A stretch of 64,000 bases of DNA from an uncultured Verrucomicrobiae bacterium (GCA_963813025.1 CAWEXO010000012.1:64001-128000), one strand, 5' to 3'. Counted from the first letter of the stretch, positions 19,576-30,737 are shown. Notes: a model not told the origin generated them from the letters alone. Made by a program: numbers and translations.

Positions 19576-21024
19576 TTGAAGGTCAATTCAACCGCGATCG
19601 ATTTTCGACCGAGCATCAGTCGTGTACTGAATCGACCGTTCATTCCCACCGATCCCGGTCGGGTCAGCCGGGTCATCGACCGAGTCCTTTCTTTTACCGA
19701 GGCAGAGGCGGAGGCTCAGCTAGCTAGCTTGCGCATCGAATTCGACGAGCGGCACCCAGACCTGGAAAGATCGTGGTTGCGACAGTTCGAGAAAGTAAAG
19801 GCTTATTTGTCGAATAAAGGGTCTCTTTCGGCGAGTCGACGACTCCTAATCGGCGCATTCTTCACCGGAGAATATGCCATTGAATCCGCAGCTTTGTTCA
19901 ATCCATCGATCGTTCCGCATCCGAACCAGACCGATCTCGGAGCGGAAGATCTTCGTTTCATCCTGACCCTTCGCGCCATCGGCGAGGGCCATATTTCATC
20001 GCTCGAATTTCGCAGTGGAGTCATCCGAAGGAATCACTCCATCGAGATGGACGAGACGTCGACTCTTGTAACCGCACCAGATATTGATCCTGATCCCACT
20101 TTTCCGAACAATATCTTTCTTCACAAGCTGCGCGAGAAAGGCCTGGAGAACAACTGGACTAGATCAGTGATGAACCAGCTGGGCGTTACCTTCACACGAA
20201 CCGAATTGGATGAATCGATGCAGCGCGCGGCTCACCAAACCCAACTGCATACCGAGGATGTGAAGAGCGCCATCGAATGCGTACATTGGCTCGTAGAATC
20301 GAACTACCAGGTCACCTTCAGTCCCTCAATTCCGCTCTCCCAACGCGTCCTCTTCCCATTGTCGCTCAACGAGAGCAATGGAATCGAGGACGCCCGATTT
20401 GTTCGCTTTGTCGATGAGGATCACAGCGCGACATACTACGCAACTTATACTGCCTACGACGGGCGCACAGTCCTGTCGCAGCTCATAGAAACAACCGACT
20501 TTCTTCATTTCCGCATCCGCACCCTAAATGGACCCGCGGTAAGGAACAAGGGGATGGCGCTTTTCCCGCGCCGGATCCAAGGACGCTATGCAATGCTTTC
20601 CCGCTATGATGACGAGAACCTTTACCTGGTGCTTTCAGATGATCTGTATTTCTGGAGCAATCCCGAGCTTCTGCTGCGACCGACGCGGCCGTGGGAATTC
20701 GTGAAAATAGGTAACTGTGGCTCGCCGATTGAAACTGAAGCGGGTTGGCTTCTTCTGACCCACGGCGTCGGCCCCATGCGCAAATATTGTATCAGCGCCA
20801 TGCTTTTAGATCTGCAAAGTCCTTTGAAGGTTATCGGCCGCCTCAACGAACCACTTCTGGAACCGACGGCCGACCAGAAAAACGGCTACGTACCCAACGT
20901 CGTGTACACTTGCGGGGCGTTAGTCAACGGTAATCGTTTGGTTCTGCCGTACGGCCTAAATGATACGGCAACCAAAATCGTGACGATCGAGTTAAAGGCC
21001 CTCCTAGCAGCTCTAATAAAATAG
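19576..21024 (+). CDS. GH130-family glycosidase/phosphorylase with N-terminal extension
   Basis: EYAIESAALFNPS, RAIGEGHISS, NGIEDARFV, YATYTAYDG, NKGMALFPR, GNCGSP and GYVPNVVYTCG. TTG start inferred. Confidence 0.9.
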   Translation: MKVNSTAIDFRPSISRVLNRPFIPTDPGRVSRVIDRVLSFTEAEAEAQLASLRIEFDERHPDLERSWLRQFEKVKAYLSNKGSLSASRRLLIGAFFTGEYAIESAALFNPSIVPHPNQTDLGAEDLRFILTLRAIGEGHISSLEFRSGVIRRNHSIEMDETSTLVTAPDIDPDPTFPNNIFLHKLREKGLENNWTRSVMNQLGVTFTRTELDESMQRAAHQTQLHTEDVKSAIECVHWLVESNYQVTFSPSIPLSQRVLFPLSLNESNGIEDARFVRFVDEDHSATYYATYTAYDGRTVLSQLIETTDFLHFRIRTLNGPAVRNKGMALFPRRIQGRYAMLSRYDDENLYLVLSDDLYFWSNPELLLRPTRPWEFVKIGNCGSPIETEAGWLLLTHGVGPMRKYCISAMLLDLQSPLKVIGRLNEPLLEPTADQKNGYVPNVVYTCGALVNGNRLVLPYGLNDTATKIVTIELKALLAALIK

Positions 21025-21199
21025 CGAGCACCGGGGCAAGTGGCACCTCAACTCCGAACATCGGGACGTTTCGAATTCAGCTTGGAATGGTGTGGCTTAG
21101 TAGTCCATCCCGCCCATCCCACCTGGAGCCGGTTTTTCTTTCTCGGGCAGCTCAGTCACCCATGCTTCAGTGGTGAGCAACAGAGCGGAGATTGAAGCG

Positions 21200-21650
21200 C
21201 CTGGTTAATCCGACCTTGGATATCTTTGGTAGAACCTTCGCCCTCAATGATTGTCGTGTTTTCCTTGTCGATCGTGACCCGCTTCGCCCAGCCGAGATCT
21301 TCCAGCGTGAGGTTTTCAAGCTTGATCCCAAGGTCCTCGGTAAGACAACGACCACCGGTCAGTACCGCGATGTCCTCGAGCGTCGCTTTGCGCCGGTCGC
21401 CGAAGCCGGGAGCTTTCACTGCAGCAACCTGAAGGGTGCCTCGCAGCTTGTTTACCACCAGCGTCGCGAGAGCTTCACCTTCGACATCCTCAGCAATAAC
21501 GAGTAACGGGCGCTGGCCTTAGCGATCTTTTCAAGCAGCGGAAGAACATCTTTTAAGCTGGTGATCTTCTTCTCATGGATCAGGATGTAAGCGCTCTCGA
21601 GGACAGTTTCCATGCTCTCCGCGTTGGTCACGAAGTACGGAGACAGGTAG
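21200..21650 (-). pseudogene. groEL: internal fragment of chaperonin GroEL, frameshifted
   Basis: [25 protein letters not shown]..., then [35 protein letters not shown]...DKENTTII. Both ends missing. Confidence 0.93.
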
Positions 21651-21696
21651 GGGATTGTACCGCTAACAAAGATGGGAATTCTGAAATTCGACTCAT

Positions 21697-21780
21697 CTTT
21701 TTTTTATCGTCGTTCACAACCTCGAAACCAGCATCGACAATGTTCTCGCCTGCCTGCTCGAATCCCGGATTCGAGCCGAG
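21697..21780 (-). pseudogene. dnaK: possible DnaK C-terminal tail remnant
   Basis: [18 protein letters not shown] resembles the DnaK terminal motif (D/E)xVVDA(E/D)FEEVxDxKK and lies just upstream of the groEL shard. Confidence 0.55.
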
Positions 21781-21839
21781 CCATTGGGACCAGCAAGTGC
21801 TGAGCAGGAGACCCAGCAAAGCATCTACCCGGAAATCCG

Positions 21840-22760
21840 TTAGCCGACCGAGCCCTCCATCTCGAGGTCGATTAATCTCTTCAGTTCAACGCTATATTCC
21901 ATCGGGAATTGGCTTACCAAGTCGTTCACAAATCCATTTACCGCCAGACTCATCGCCTGACCTTTGCTTAGTCCGCGCTGTTGCATATAGAAGATTTGCT
22001 CAGCGCCAATCTGACTGACCGATGCCTCATGCTGGGTAGAGTTGCCTGTGCCACGGACCGTGATGGCGGGATAAGTGTCGGTCCGGCTGGTTGAGTTGAT
22101 CAAAAGCGCATCACACTCAGTATTGTTCTTACAGCCTTTTAGGTGTTTCGGGACATGCACCAAGCCGCGATAGGTCGCGCGGCCTTTCCCTACACTGATA
22201 CTCTTGGAAACAATATTGCTGGTCGTCTCATCGGCCGCGTGGATCATTTTCGCGCCGGTATCCTGGTGCTGACCATCACCCGCCAGGGCGATGCTGATCA
22301 CCTCGCCGCGCGATTTGCGCCCTTTCAACACCACGCCCGGATACTTCATCGTCAGCCGTGATCCGATATTACAGTCGATCCACTTGATTTCGGCTTCCTC
22401 CATCGCCAATCCCCGCTTCGTGACCAGATTGAACACATTCGGCGACCAGTTCTGAACCGTTACATATTGGATCTTCGCTCCGGGCAGAGCAACCAATTCG
22501 ACCACCGCAGAGTGGAGCGTGGTCGTAGTGAATTTCGGAGCGGTACAGCCTTCCATGTACATCACCTCTGAGCCTTCGTCGGCGATGATCAACGTGCGTT
22601 CAAACTGGCCAAAATTCTCCGCGTTGATTCGGAAATACGCTTGCAACGGATGCTTTACCTTCACTCCGGGCGGAACATAGATAAAACTGCCACCGCTGAA
22701 CACAGCGCTGTTCAGGGCACTGAACTTATTATCATCGACGATTGGTATGAACATTGGCAA
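21840..22760 (-). pseudogene. sufB: Fe-S cluster assembly protein SufB, N-terminally truncated (~300 aa of a usual ~470)
   Basis: [55 protein letters not shown] and PMEYSVEL...EGSVG. No sufC or sufD adjacent. Confidence 0.88.
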
Positions 22761-23133
22761 AGTTTAACGGTCTAACTCTATACTCCTGCGAAAGCGAGTG
22801 GCCGCATAGTACGCATTGATGCGGTATGGGGAATTCGAGGTCGCGTGGGGTCCGGTAAGATCCGATATAATAAGTTTGAATCCGGTTCGAAAGATAATAT
22901 AAGGAAAGGGAAGGCTGCCGTGTACTAGCGCGACAGCCTTCATTTTTGAACACCGAATGCTTTCGCGTAACAGTCCTGTCCCCAGCTGCGAACTCGTGAC
23001 CAGAATTACCGTCTAACCCAGGGCGTCGCAGATCGGTCTGCCACGTTATCGGTTTTCTTAACTGCCGCCACAGCGACGTTCGCAACAGTTGCTGTACCTC
23101 GGTCGAGTCAGAAGACGCCCCTGACTCGCCAGC

Positions 23134-23649
23134 TCATTCCTCCTCGCTTAAAGCGACCCCGCGGCCCTTCTCGCGCGCCAGATATTCCTCCACACGCAGC
23201 AGATTGCCCTCGCCGGCACGCTGAACAACCCGCAGCAACTGTTCCATCGAAGCGACCTCCTCCAACTGCTCTTTAATAAACCACTGGAGGAAATTGTCGG
23301 TCGCGTAATCGGACTCAGCCTTTGCCATGGACACAAGCGCGTTGATCTGCGTTGTGACCCGCTCTTCCTGTTCGAGCGAAAGTTTCACCGCATCTTCAGC
23401 TACTTTGAAGTGCGCCTCTGGAGCGGACGCAGCGGGAATGTTCACGCGGGCACCGGTGTCGGTGACGAACTGGATGAAACGCAGCGCGTGCTTCTTTTCC
23501 TCCTCGGCCTGCTTGTGGAAATGGGCGGATAGCTCGAGCAGCGCTTCCGCAGCAAAATGAGCGGCGATGGCGTAATACTGCAGCATCGCGCTGAACTCAT
23601 TGCCTATCTGTTCGTTTATCGCAGCGATGATCTTTTGATTGGCAACCAT
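23134..23649 (-). CDS. non-heme ferritin-like protein
   Basis: INEQIGNEF...QAEEEKKHAL...EQEERVTTQIN...FLQWFIKEQLEE ferroxidase-type residues. Confidence 0.92.
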   Translation of the reverse strand: MVANQKIIAAINEQIGNEFSAMLQYYAIAAHFAAEALLELSAHFHKQAEEEKKHALRFIQFVTDTGARVNIPAASAPEAHFKVAEDAVKLSLEQEERVTTQINALVSMAKAESDYATDNFLQWFIKEQLEEVASMEQLLRVVQRAGEGNLLRVEEYLAREKGRGVALSEEE

Positions 23650-23799
23650 ACGAAAAAATTTCTCCCCGACGCCGGGTAATTGCAATCGGGATAAATAGGG
23701 GTGAACTCAAAACGGTCTGTTGCCAAAAGGAAAAAACCTACGCTATCGCTCAGAAAGCAGCCAACGGAACGGAGAGGATTCTTTAAGCCGTCGTTGCAG

Positions 23800-24072
23800 T
23801 CAGCAGCCCCGGTGCACTGGTGTTCGTCGCCGCCGGATATTTTTTCACGAAAATTTCCCGTACCTTCTATTCTGGACCGCGTTCATTTTCACCCGTCCGC
23901 TTGGCGCGGCGTTGGGCGATCTTCTGACCAAACCGTGGATACTGGCGGGTTCAATCTCAGCCGGATCAGCTCTTCTTTACTCATCGGGCTCTTTATCATT
24001 CTTTGCCTCGCTTTTCTTTCCCAACGAGCAGGCCGCCATCCGGGAACACCGGAGGCAGGGGCGGAGTCGTAG
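23800..24072 (+). pseudogene. C-terminal fragment of a COG4705/DUF347 membrane-anchored protein
   Basis: LLFWTAFIFTRPLGAALGDLLTKP, then after a frameshift GGFNLSRISSSLLIGLFIILCL. Confidence 0.7.
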
Positions 24073-24260
24073 GTGCTGCTATGAGCCTGGGGTAATTCGC
24101 TCAATGGCAGGAGAAATAGGAGCCGCACTGCTGTTCACCTCCCCCACTTGAGGCGAAATCAGGTTGACGACGTTCCCCTCCGGTTCAAGCTTGTACAAAG
24201 CAGAGCGTCGGGGCGCGCCCCCGTTTTCACTCGCGACCCGCGCTCGCTGGAGGTCAATTC

Positions 24261-26697
24261 ATGGATCGCAAATCGTTCTGTTCCCTGCTCTTTGCGGGCA
24301 TCGCGTCCGCTTCTCCTGTGTGGACCCTCAACGCACAGCACCTGACTGGCCATCCCACCCGTTCGGACACGGAAAACCTTGCCCAGAAGCGTTATGTCGC
24401 TGCCGGGGACCGCACCTACGTCGTCGGCACTCAGGACGGCGGTTTTCCGGGCATGGGCTTTCATATTAAAGGGCATATGAATGGGGTCTGGTCCCATCCC
24501 CTCAAACTGCTCGATTCGTATCTTTTGATTCTCGACGGCCAGCCACTCGGTCCCGCCAACAAATTTACCTCCGGCCCTGGCTTTGTCCGGCTCGATTATC
24601 CCTCGACCAATGGGCTGCAAATTACCCGAACGGAATTTGCGCCGGACGGATTACCGGTCGTCCTTATCGGCCTGGAAATTCGCAATCAAGCGAATCAAGC
24701 CAAGAATGTGCCGCTAACCTTCCAGCCGACGAGCGAGATTCTCCCGGCATATCCCTGGTCCGGCACGACACCGACCTCGGATTCGCTCGACCAAAAAGAC
24801 AACGTGCTGTTTGATCCGGTAATCTCGGCACTGAGTTTTTCTGAACCGGGAAAACCGTGGTACGCTTTGGTGGCTGGCCGCCCAACGCAAACCGGGCCAC
24901 AGGACACCGTCCGCTTCCTGGGAGCAGCTGTGACCCCTCTGCGACCTGGCAAGAAGGCGTCCGGACAGCTTAACTGGCAATTGACTATTGCGCCAGGTTC
25001 GACCGTGAAAATCTGGTTGGCGGTGGCTGGCACTCACTCGCAAAAGTGGAAGCTTACCTTGCTCTGGCTTACGGTCTGCAAAATCCCGAAGATCTGCTGA
25101 GCGCCAAGATCCAGAACCGTTTGGCGGACCGCGAGCTTTCCGAGGCCAAAATCCCTGATCCGACGGTGCAGGCCGCCTTTGAATGGGCAAAATTCAATCT
25201 TGCCGATATGCGCCGCAACGTTTTCAGGCCAAGATTCGCGACACCAGTGAGGGAACTGCTTATCTCCCACCGATTGCCAGCGTATTTCTGCTGAGCGGCT
25301 TCGGCGCTGGGTATCCGGACTATCCCTGGTTTTTGGCACGGATGGCTCCTACACAACTTTTCCTTTGGTCGCGATCGGCCAATGGGAAGCGGCCGAGGAT
25401 CATCTTCGTACGATTCGGCAAGTCTCGCGAAAGGTGAATGGCTCAACCGGCAAAGTTTTGCATGAAATCGTCACTGACGGCTCAATCTACTTCGGAACAA
25501 ATCAGCAGCCCGGGGATGCCAATGAGACACCGGAGTTCGCAACGGCAGTCGCCACGATCTGGCGATGGTCTGGAGATGACAATTTTCGAGACGAAAACTA
25601 CGAGTTCATCGTTGACGGCTTGCATTATGTCACGAGCAGCACGGCCTGGATCTGAATCAGGATGGTTGGCCCGAAGGTGCGGGTATGGTGGAAGCGCCGG
25701 GAATGGGAGCCGAGAAACTCGACGTCGCAGTATATACGATTCGGGCACTGGACGATTTGGTGGAGATGGCGAAAAGCAAAGGCGACACCGCGACACTCAG
25801 CTGGGCCAAGTCGAAAAGCGATGAACTGAAGGCGAAGTTCGACCATGATTGGTGGGATCCTGGTCAGCGACTTTTCGCGGACTCGCTCTGTTTCAACCAG
25901 GTTCTTGCCCACCGATCCCACAGCCGCCACCTGTCCACAGGCCGAAATGCAACTGGAGCAACTCTATTGGATCAACGCCACCCCGATGGAGACCAGTATA
26001 GCCCAGGAAGACCGAGCCAACGCTGCGTTTCCAAAACTGGAGAGTTCGAGTCTTCACCGGCACGACCGGCTTTTATCAGCAAGGGCAGGACATGTCGGCC
26101 GGCATCGCCGGGAGTCGGCAAGCTTCCGCGCTGAACACCTCGGTGATGGCGGTGGCGGAAGCCAATTATGGGCGAATTGATGAATCACTTCGCTACTTGA
26201 CTTTTATCGCCGCCGAGCTGAATACGGAACAACCCGGCGCGTTGCCTGAATTATTCGATAGTCCCGATTACCCTTACTTCCAGGATTTTACTTCGCGAGC
26301 GATGGTCATGCAGGCGTGGTCTTCCTACGGTGTCGCCTGGCCGATCCTCTTCGACTACCTCGGCGTACGTCCAAATATTCCGGAGGGACAAATCGCGGTG
26401 GTTCCCCAGCTGCCTTCGAGTTGGCCCGAGCTTACCGTCCGAAATATTCGGATCGGCAATTCAACGATCAATGCGCGGGCGAGCCAATCCTCGACCGAAT
26501 ACAGTGTTGAGGCGGACACTCCGGCCGGCCTTCGGCTGGTTCTGGGTTACGTACTCCCAGCCAACAGCCCGGTGAAATCGGTCACTCTGAACGGTGAGCC
26601 CGTGGCCTTCCAGATCTCGGATAGCCATCGCGGCCGGGAAGTGAAGGTGATTACGAATTCCGGCGGGCGAGCGCGTTTCGTTCTGCGGACAAATTGA
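24261..26697 (+). CDS. secreted six-hairpin glycosidase (glycogen-debranching-like), broken by ~6 frameshifts
   Basis: Signal peptide, then colinear segments GFHIKGHMNGVW, GAGYPDYPW(F)FGTDG, GKVLHEI, DGWPEGAGMVE, EQPGALPE and MVMQAWSSYG. At least three shifts are 1-nt losses in A/T homopolymers (~25045, ~25222, ~25332). Confidence 0.75.
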
Positions 26698-26763
26698 AGC
26701 TGAAGGCCGCTCAAGCTAACGCCTCGGGACTCGCAACTCGGGACTGTTACGCCGGGGACTCCT

Positions 26764-29001
26764 TCAACTCAGCAACCGGTGGACTGTCTCCCGTAAAACA
26801 CTGACTTTGTTGACGATCTGATCGATTTCCAGCGAGAGGAACGTGTTTTCCCGGACCGCTTGCAAGGTCGGGGTTACGACATCATGCTGGAACCCGCGGC
26901 TCCGCTCCTCCATCCGGGCAGCATGAAGTTGATCCACGAGGGTGCGCAAAATTCCGGGGCCGTCCTGCAGGTCGAAGCGCGCCTCGGGCGGTCTACCGGT
27001 CTCGAGAGCTTTTGCCAGACTTTCGAGCGAGGTTGTGATCGCGGTGCCCACCGCGGAAACCTCCGTTAACGGAGCGGTCTGCCTGAATTCCCGGGCATGT
27101 TCGGTCAGCAAAGAGATGGAGTTGCTCAAGCTCCTGGCGTAAAGAATGAGTGTCGTCCACTCCTCTGATGCGCGGCGAACCCGCGCCGGGTCCGACTGCA
27201 GCCGCTGCAAGGCCGCTTCCGCATTGGAGCTGGCCAGCTCGCTCGCAATGTGCAGGCGATCAATTTCCTCTAGTTCGCCGTTTCGACCAAGATATAAATC
27301 CATTACCCGGCGAAAGTAAGTAGCGTTACACCGAATTAATTGCGCCACCAGCGACGGCAATTGCGTACGCTGCCAGCTCGGGAGCACAATCCAGGCGCCG
27401 ATCAGAGCAAGGCCGGCGCCTAGCCAGGTATCCGTGATGCGCAACAGGCTCACCTCCCAATCTCCTTTATCAACCAGGTTCACGATCATCATAAACAAGG
27501 GAGTAAGGGCGAGAGTGAAGACCGCGTAATTCAGGGGACGAACGGTAAATGCAAAAAACGCGAGCAGCGCAATCAGCACCGTCTGCCAGGCCGTTGCCTG
27601 GACGGCTGCTCCCAAACCTGCTCCGATCAAACCACCGATCATGGTACCCGCTACACGTTGAATCGTCCGCGAAAAGGTACCGCCATAGTCTGGCCTCAGG
27701 ATAACTAACGCCGTGATCGGCACCCAATAGCCGCGCCCACCCGGTAGCGAATGGCCCAGCATCTGCGCCAGCACGGTGACGAGAGCCAGTCGCAAAGCGT
27801 GTCGGCAGGTCACTGAATCCAGGCTGAGATTCGCGCGAACAATTGTTACCAGATCGCGGACGACAGTCCGCCGGAGAGTCGTCTGGCCTCCCGCTTTGCC
27901 CACCGCTATCTGTTCCGGATGGCCCAGCAATTCCGCAATTCTAGTCAGCTGGCCCATTAGGACATAAGCCTGGCGAACGCACTTACCGAAGGTCAGCAGG
28001 ACTCGGTATTTGTCGGTTTCCGCGTAATGCTCCGCCCGTCGGCGTTCGAGTTCCGCCTCGAACGCCTCCGTGGCCCTTTGCAGCCCGCTTAAATCGACGG
28101 CGGACCGGCGATTAAGAATGGCCGATCCGATCGCGCGAGAGGTTGAGGCAAATTCCTCGGTTAACCGCACCAGCAAAGGCTCGAGTTCAGGCAGGTCAGC
28201 CAGGAGCGCTGAAGCGATCGACAGATAACTCAGCACCGACCGAACCGTTTGCTGGGAGTTTGTGACGGAGATTAACAGGAAACGTTCCGCTTCGCTCAGA
28301 CCATTGCGACGCGACCGCAACGTTTCCCAGAGAGTCCGGGCGTTAGCGAGATCGGCAGTGAATTGGCGCAAGGCGCTTGCCGTTAGGGTGTCAGCAGCCA
28401 CTTCCCCCTGTTGTTGCCGAAGATTCGCCGGCCGAAGTAACTCGGCAATTTTCAAGTAAAGCTGGTTGGTTGCCTCGCGGACCGGCCGATTCGGGTGAAT
28501 GGACCAGACCAGCAGGGATAACAATGTCCCCCAAAAGCCTCCCAGGAGATAGAGCAAGGCTTGCGGCAAAGCCGTCGCGGGCCGGGCAAAACCAAGGGCG
28601 ACCAGAAACGTCAAGGACGATAAAAAACTGATCTGCGCCGACGTGCCGCCAAATAACGGGGCAAACCCGGCACCCAGAATCAAGCAAAACAGGAGTGCCA
28701 AGCTTAGAACCGGATGAGAAACACTGACGCCGGCCAGAGCAACCGAACAAGCGATTAACGCGGTTGCTCCGAGCATCGCCCGAGCTTTCTGCGCGTAGGT
28801 GCCACCAACGTCGGCCAGCAGCGAGAACCAGGCACCTACGGCCACCAGCGTGCCGAAACCGATCTGGCCAACCGTTTCTCCAATCGCGATCGGCACCGTC
28901 ATCGCGACGGCGCAACGCAAGCCGGCCTCCATCGCCGGGCGCACGCGCGCAAGCTCAAACTCTTGGCGAAGCTGTTGCCGAACGGCGGAAAAAAAAGGCA
29001 T
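26764..29001 (-). CDS. FUSC / YccS-YhfK family membrane protein
   Basis: N-terminal TM block, then RHALRLA...GYWVPITALVILRPDYGGT.SR.IQRVAGTMIG and RITDT.LG. Confidence 0.92.
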   Translation of the reverse strand: MPFFSAVRQQLRQEFELARVRPAMEAGLRCAVAMTVPIAIGETVGQIGFGTLVAVGAWFSLLADVGGTYAQKARAMLGATALIACSVALAGVSVSHPVLSLALLFCLILGAGFAPLFGGTSAQISFLSSLTFLVALGFARPATALPQALLYLLGGFWGTLLSLLVWSIHPNRPVREATNQLYLKIAELLRPANLRQQQGEVAADTLTASALRQFTADLANARTLWETLRSRRNGLSEAERFLLISVTNSQQTVRSVLSYLSIASALLADLPELEPLLVRLTEEFASTSRAIGSAILNRRSAVDLSGLQRATEAFEAELERRRAEHYAETDKYRVLLTFGKCVRQAYVLMGQLTRIAELLGHPEQIAVGKAGGQTTLRRTVVRDLVTIVRANLSLDSVTCRHALRLALVTVLAQMLGHSLPGGRGYWVPITALVILRPDYGGTFSRTIQRVAGTMIGGLIGAGLGAAVQATAWQTVLIALLAFFAFTVRPLNYAVFTLALTPLFMMIVNLVDKGDWEVSLLRITDTWLGAGLALIGAWIVLPSWQRTQLPSLVAQLIRCNATYFRRVMDLYLGRNGELEEIDRLHIASELASSNAEAALQRLQSDPARVRRASEEWTTLILYARSLSNSISLLTEHAREFRQTAPLTEVSAVGTAITTSLESLAKALETGRPPEARFDLQDGPGILRTLVDQLHAARMEERSRGFQHDVVTPTLQAVRENTFLSLEIDQIVNKVSVLRETVHRLLS

Positions 29002-29008
29002 GGTGGAA

Positions 29009-29054
29009 TCTAGATCCTGACTCCTAGCTCCTAGATTCTAGATTCTAGATTCTA
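29009..29054. repeat. short tandem heptamer repeat (YCTAGAT-like, ~6.5 units)
   Basis: tctagat cctgact cctagct cctagat tctagat tctagat tcta fills the nuclease-FUSC spacer. Confidence 0.8.
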
Positions 29055-30053
29055 TCGAGTCGTGAATTGAATCCTCGACAAGATCTGGGCAAGACGAACC
29101 GCCGCCTTGCGCAGCTGCTCCGCGGCAATCGCCCGGGAGCGGCTCACGTAATCGTCCGGAAGACGGATCCAGAGTCGCGCAGACTGTTGATCGTCATTGA
29201 GCTGACCGGCCCGAAAGGTAATTCCTTCGTACGCCTGGCGGGCGGCCGCGACCGAATCCAACGCCCATTCCTCCGGCCAGTGATGATAATTGCCAACGGT
29301 TTCAGCTACTGGGGAACCCGCCAATTGCCTGCCCAAGATCCAGGCCAGCTCCGCCGGACTCTTTGTTCCACCGATCGATTCGACGACGGTCGAGTCCCAA
29401 AACGCATGCAATTCATGCTGTGGATCAAAAAACAGCTCGTTGCCTCCACGATCGCTTGGCAGACCGACGACCTGAGCCGGGTCGCTCACCAAAGCGGGAG
29501 GATGGATCTCGCTCAGGATGTAGTATCCGCTCACGCAATGAAGAGGCTGGTGAATGTCTCCGACAAAGTGGACCAGCAGCCGGAACGCCTCGGCTTGGCT
29601 GAACTCACCCGGCAGCGCAGCACGTGACTCTAAAACCCGGATACAGCGTTCGATCGTCTGGACTACGTCGTTGCTCGAAATGAATTGCGGCGCAGCCCGG
29701 TAATTTTTTGTGCCGAGTGGCAGATCGACGAAATGCCAGAGATAATTCTTGGGAAACTCTTGATTGAATTGCGCCGCTTCCGGATCTCCGGCCAGTGCTC
29801 CACGACCGCGTGCCGCCTCGCGCACATCATCCGCCCAGGTCGAGATCGCGGCGAGATCTTCCGCCCTGCTTTCGGCCAGCAGCGGAGCGATTCTGGCCTG
29901 CACGTCCGCAGAAATCAGTTCTTCGGCCAGGATGCCGATCGCCCGATGACCCTCCGGCCCCCAAGCGAGGAGAGGCTCAATGGGAACAACGCAGCAAAAC
30001 AGCGCCAAGAAACCTGCAGCCCTCCTTCGGCCCACGCCGGACGAGCGCTGCAC
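29052..30053 (-). CDS. S1/P1 nuclease, secreted
   Basis: Mature N-terminus WGPEGH; WAD, WHF, LVHFVGDIHQPLH, DRGGN and LHAFWDS zinc-binding motifs. Confidence 0.95.
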   Translation of the reverse strand: MQRSSGVGRRRAAGFLALFCCVVPIEPLLAWGPEGHRAIGILAEELISADVQARIAPLLAESRAEDLAAISTWADDVREAARGRGALAGDPEAAQFNQEFPKNYLWHFVDLPLGTKNYRAAPQFISSNDVVQTIERCIRVLESRAALPGEFSQAEAFRLLVHFVGDIHQPLHCVSGYYILSEIHPPALVSDPAQVVGLPSDRGGNELFFDPQHELHAFWDSTVVESIGGTKSPAELAWILGRQLAGSPVAETVGNYHHWPEEWALDSVAAARQAYEGITFRAGQLNDDQQSARLWIRLPDDYVSRSRAIAAEQLRKAAVRLAQILSRIQFTTR

Positions 30054-30206
30054 GTTCTTGCAGCTGAACTCTCCGGCGTAGCCGGAGAGTTTTGTCGCTT
30101 TTTTTAAAGGAGAGTTTGAAACCGTTTTGTGGGGATTCTTATGCCCTAAAACAGCGCCCGGGGTCCGTTTAACAGTCCCCCCCGAGTCCGCAGTGCGAGT
30201 GCCGTG

Positions 30207-30737
30207 TTAGCGATGAGGCTTCCGCATCTTCTTCGGTTGCGTGGGGGCAGCTTCCTTGCCGCTCACCGGGACAGGTCGAACGATCTGGCCGCTCTCTAGG
30301 ACAGCTGCATAGAGTGTCTCGGGCTGTCCTCCAATCCGCCCGGTCATACGGACGAGGTAATAGGGCACCGGCGCGGTAATGTGCTCGACCGATTCGGCCT
30401 TCACATTGGAAGCATTATAGAATCCACCCGGCTTTCCCCCAACATCGGTGAGTGAGTTCGGATAGTTGTCTCCCGAAACAGTCTTATCCTTCGCGGTACC
30501 GCCAGCCCATGCGACCGCAACCAGCGCGGCAGATCCCGGCGTCACGTTATTGTGCACCGAGTAGGGCATGTCGGGATCAGGCTTGAATTTATCCGAAGCG
30601 CCCGGCGCAGGTTCCAATGTATAAGTCTGGACTCCGCCGCTAGCGGTCCGAACCGTGTAACTTATCCCGTAAGCTGCCGTTATTAGCAGGGGGGAGATCG
30701 AAGCCAACACTAACAGGATCAATGGCTTAGCCTTCAT
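30207..30737 (-). CDS. hypothetical secreted protein (176 aa)
   Basis: Clear signal peptide MKAKPLILLVLASISPLLITAAYG. No family recognised. Confidence 0.7.
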   Translation of the reverse strand: MKAKPLILLVLASISPLLITAAYGISYTVRTASGGVQTYTLEPAPGASDKFKPDPDMPYSVHNNVTPGSAALVAVAWAGGTAKDKTVSGDNYPNSLTDVGGKPGGFYNASNVKAESVEHITAPVPYYLVRMTGRIGGQPETLYAAVLESGQIVRPVPVSGKEAAPTQPKKMRKPHR

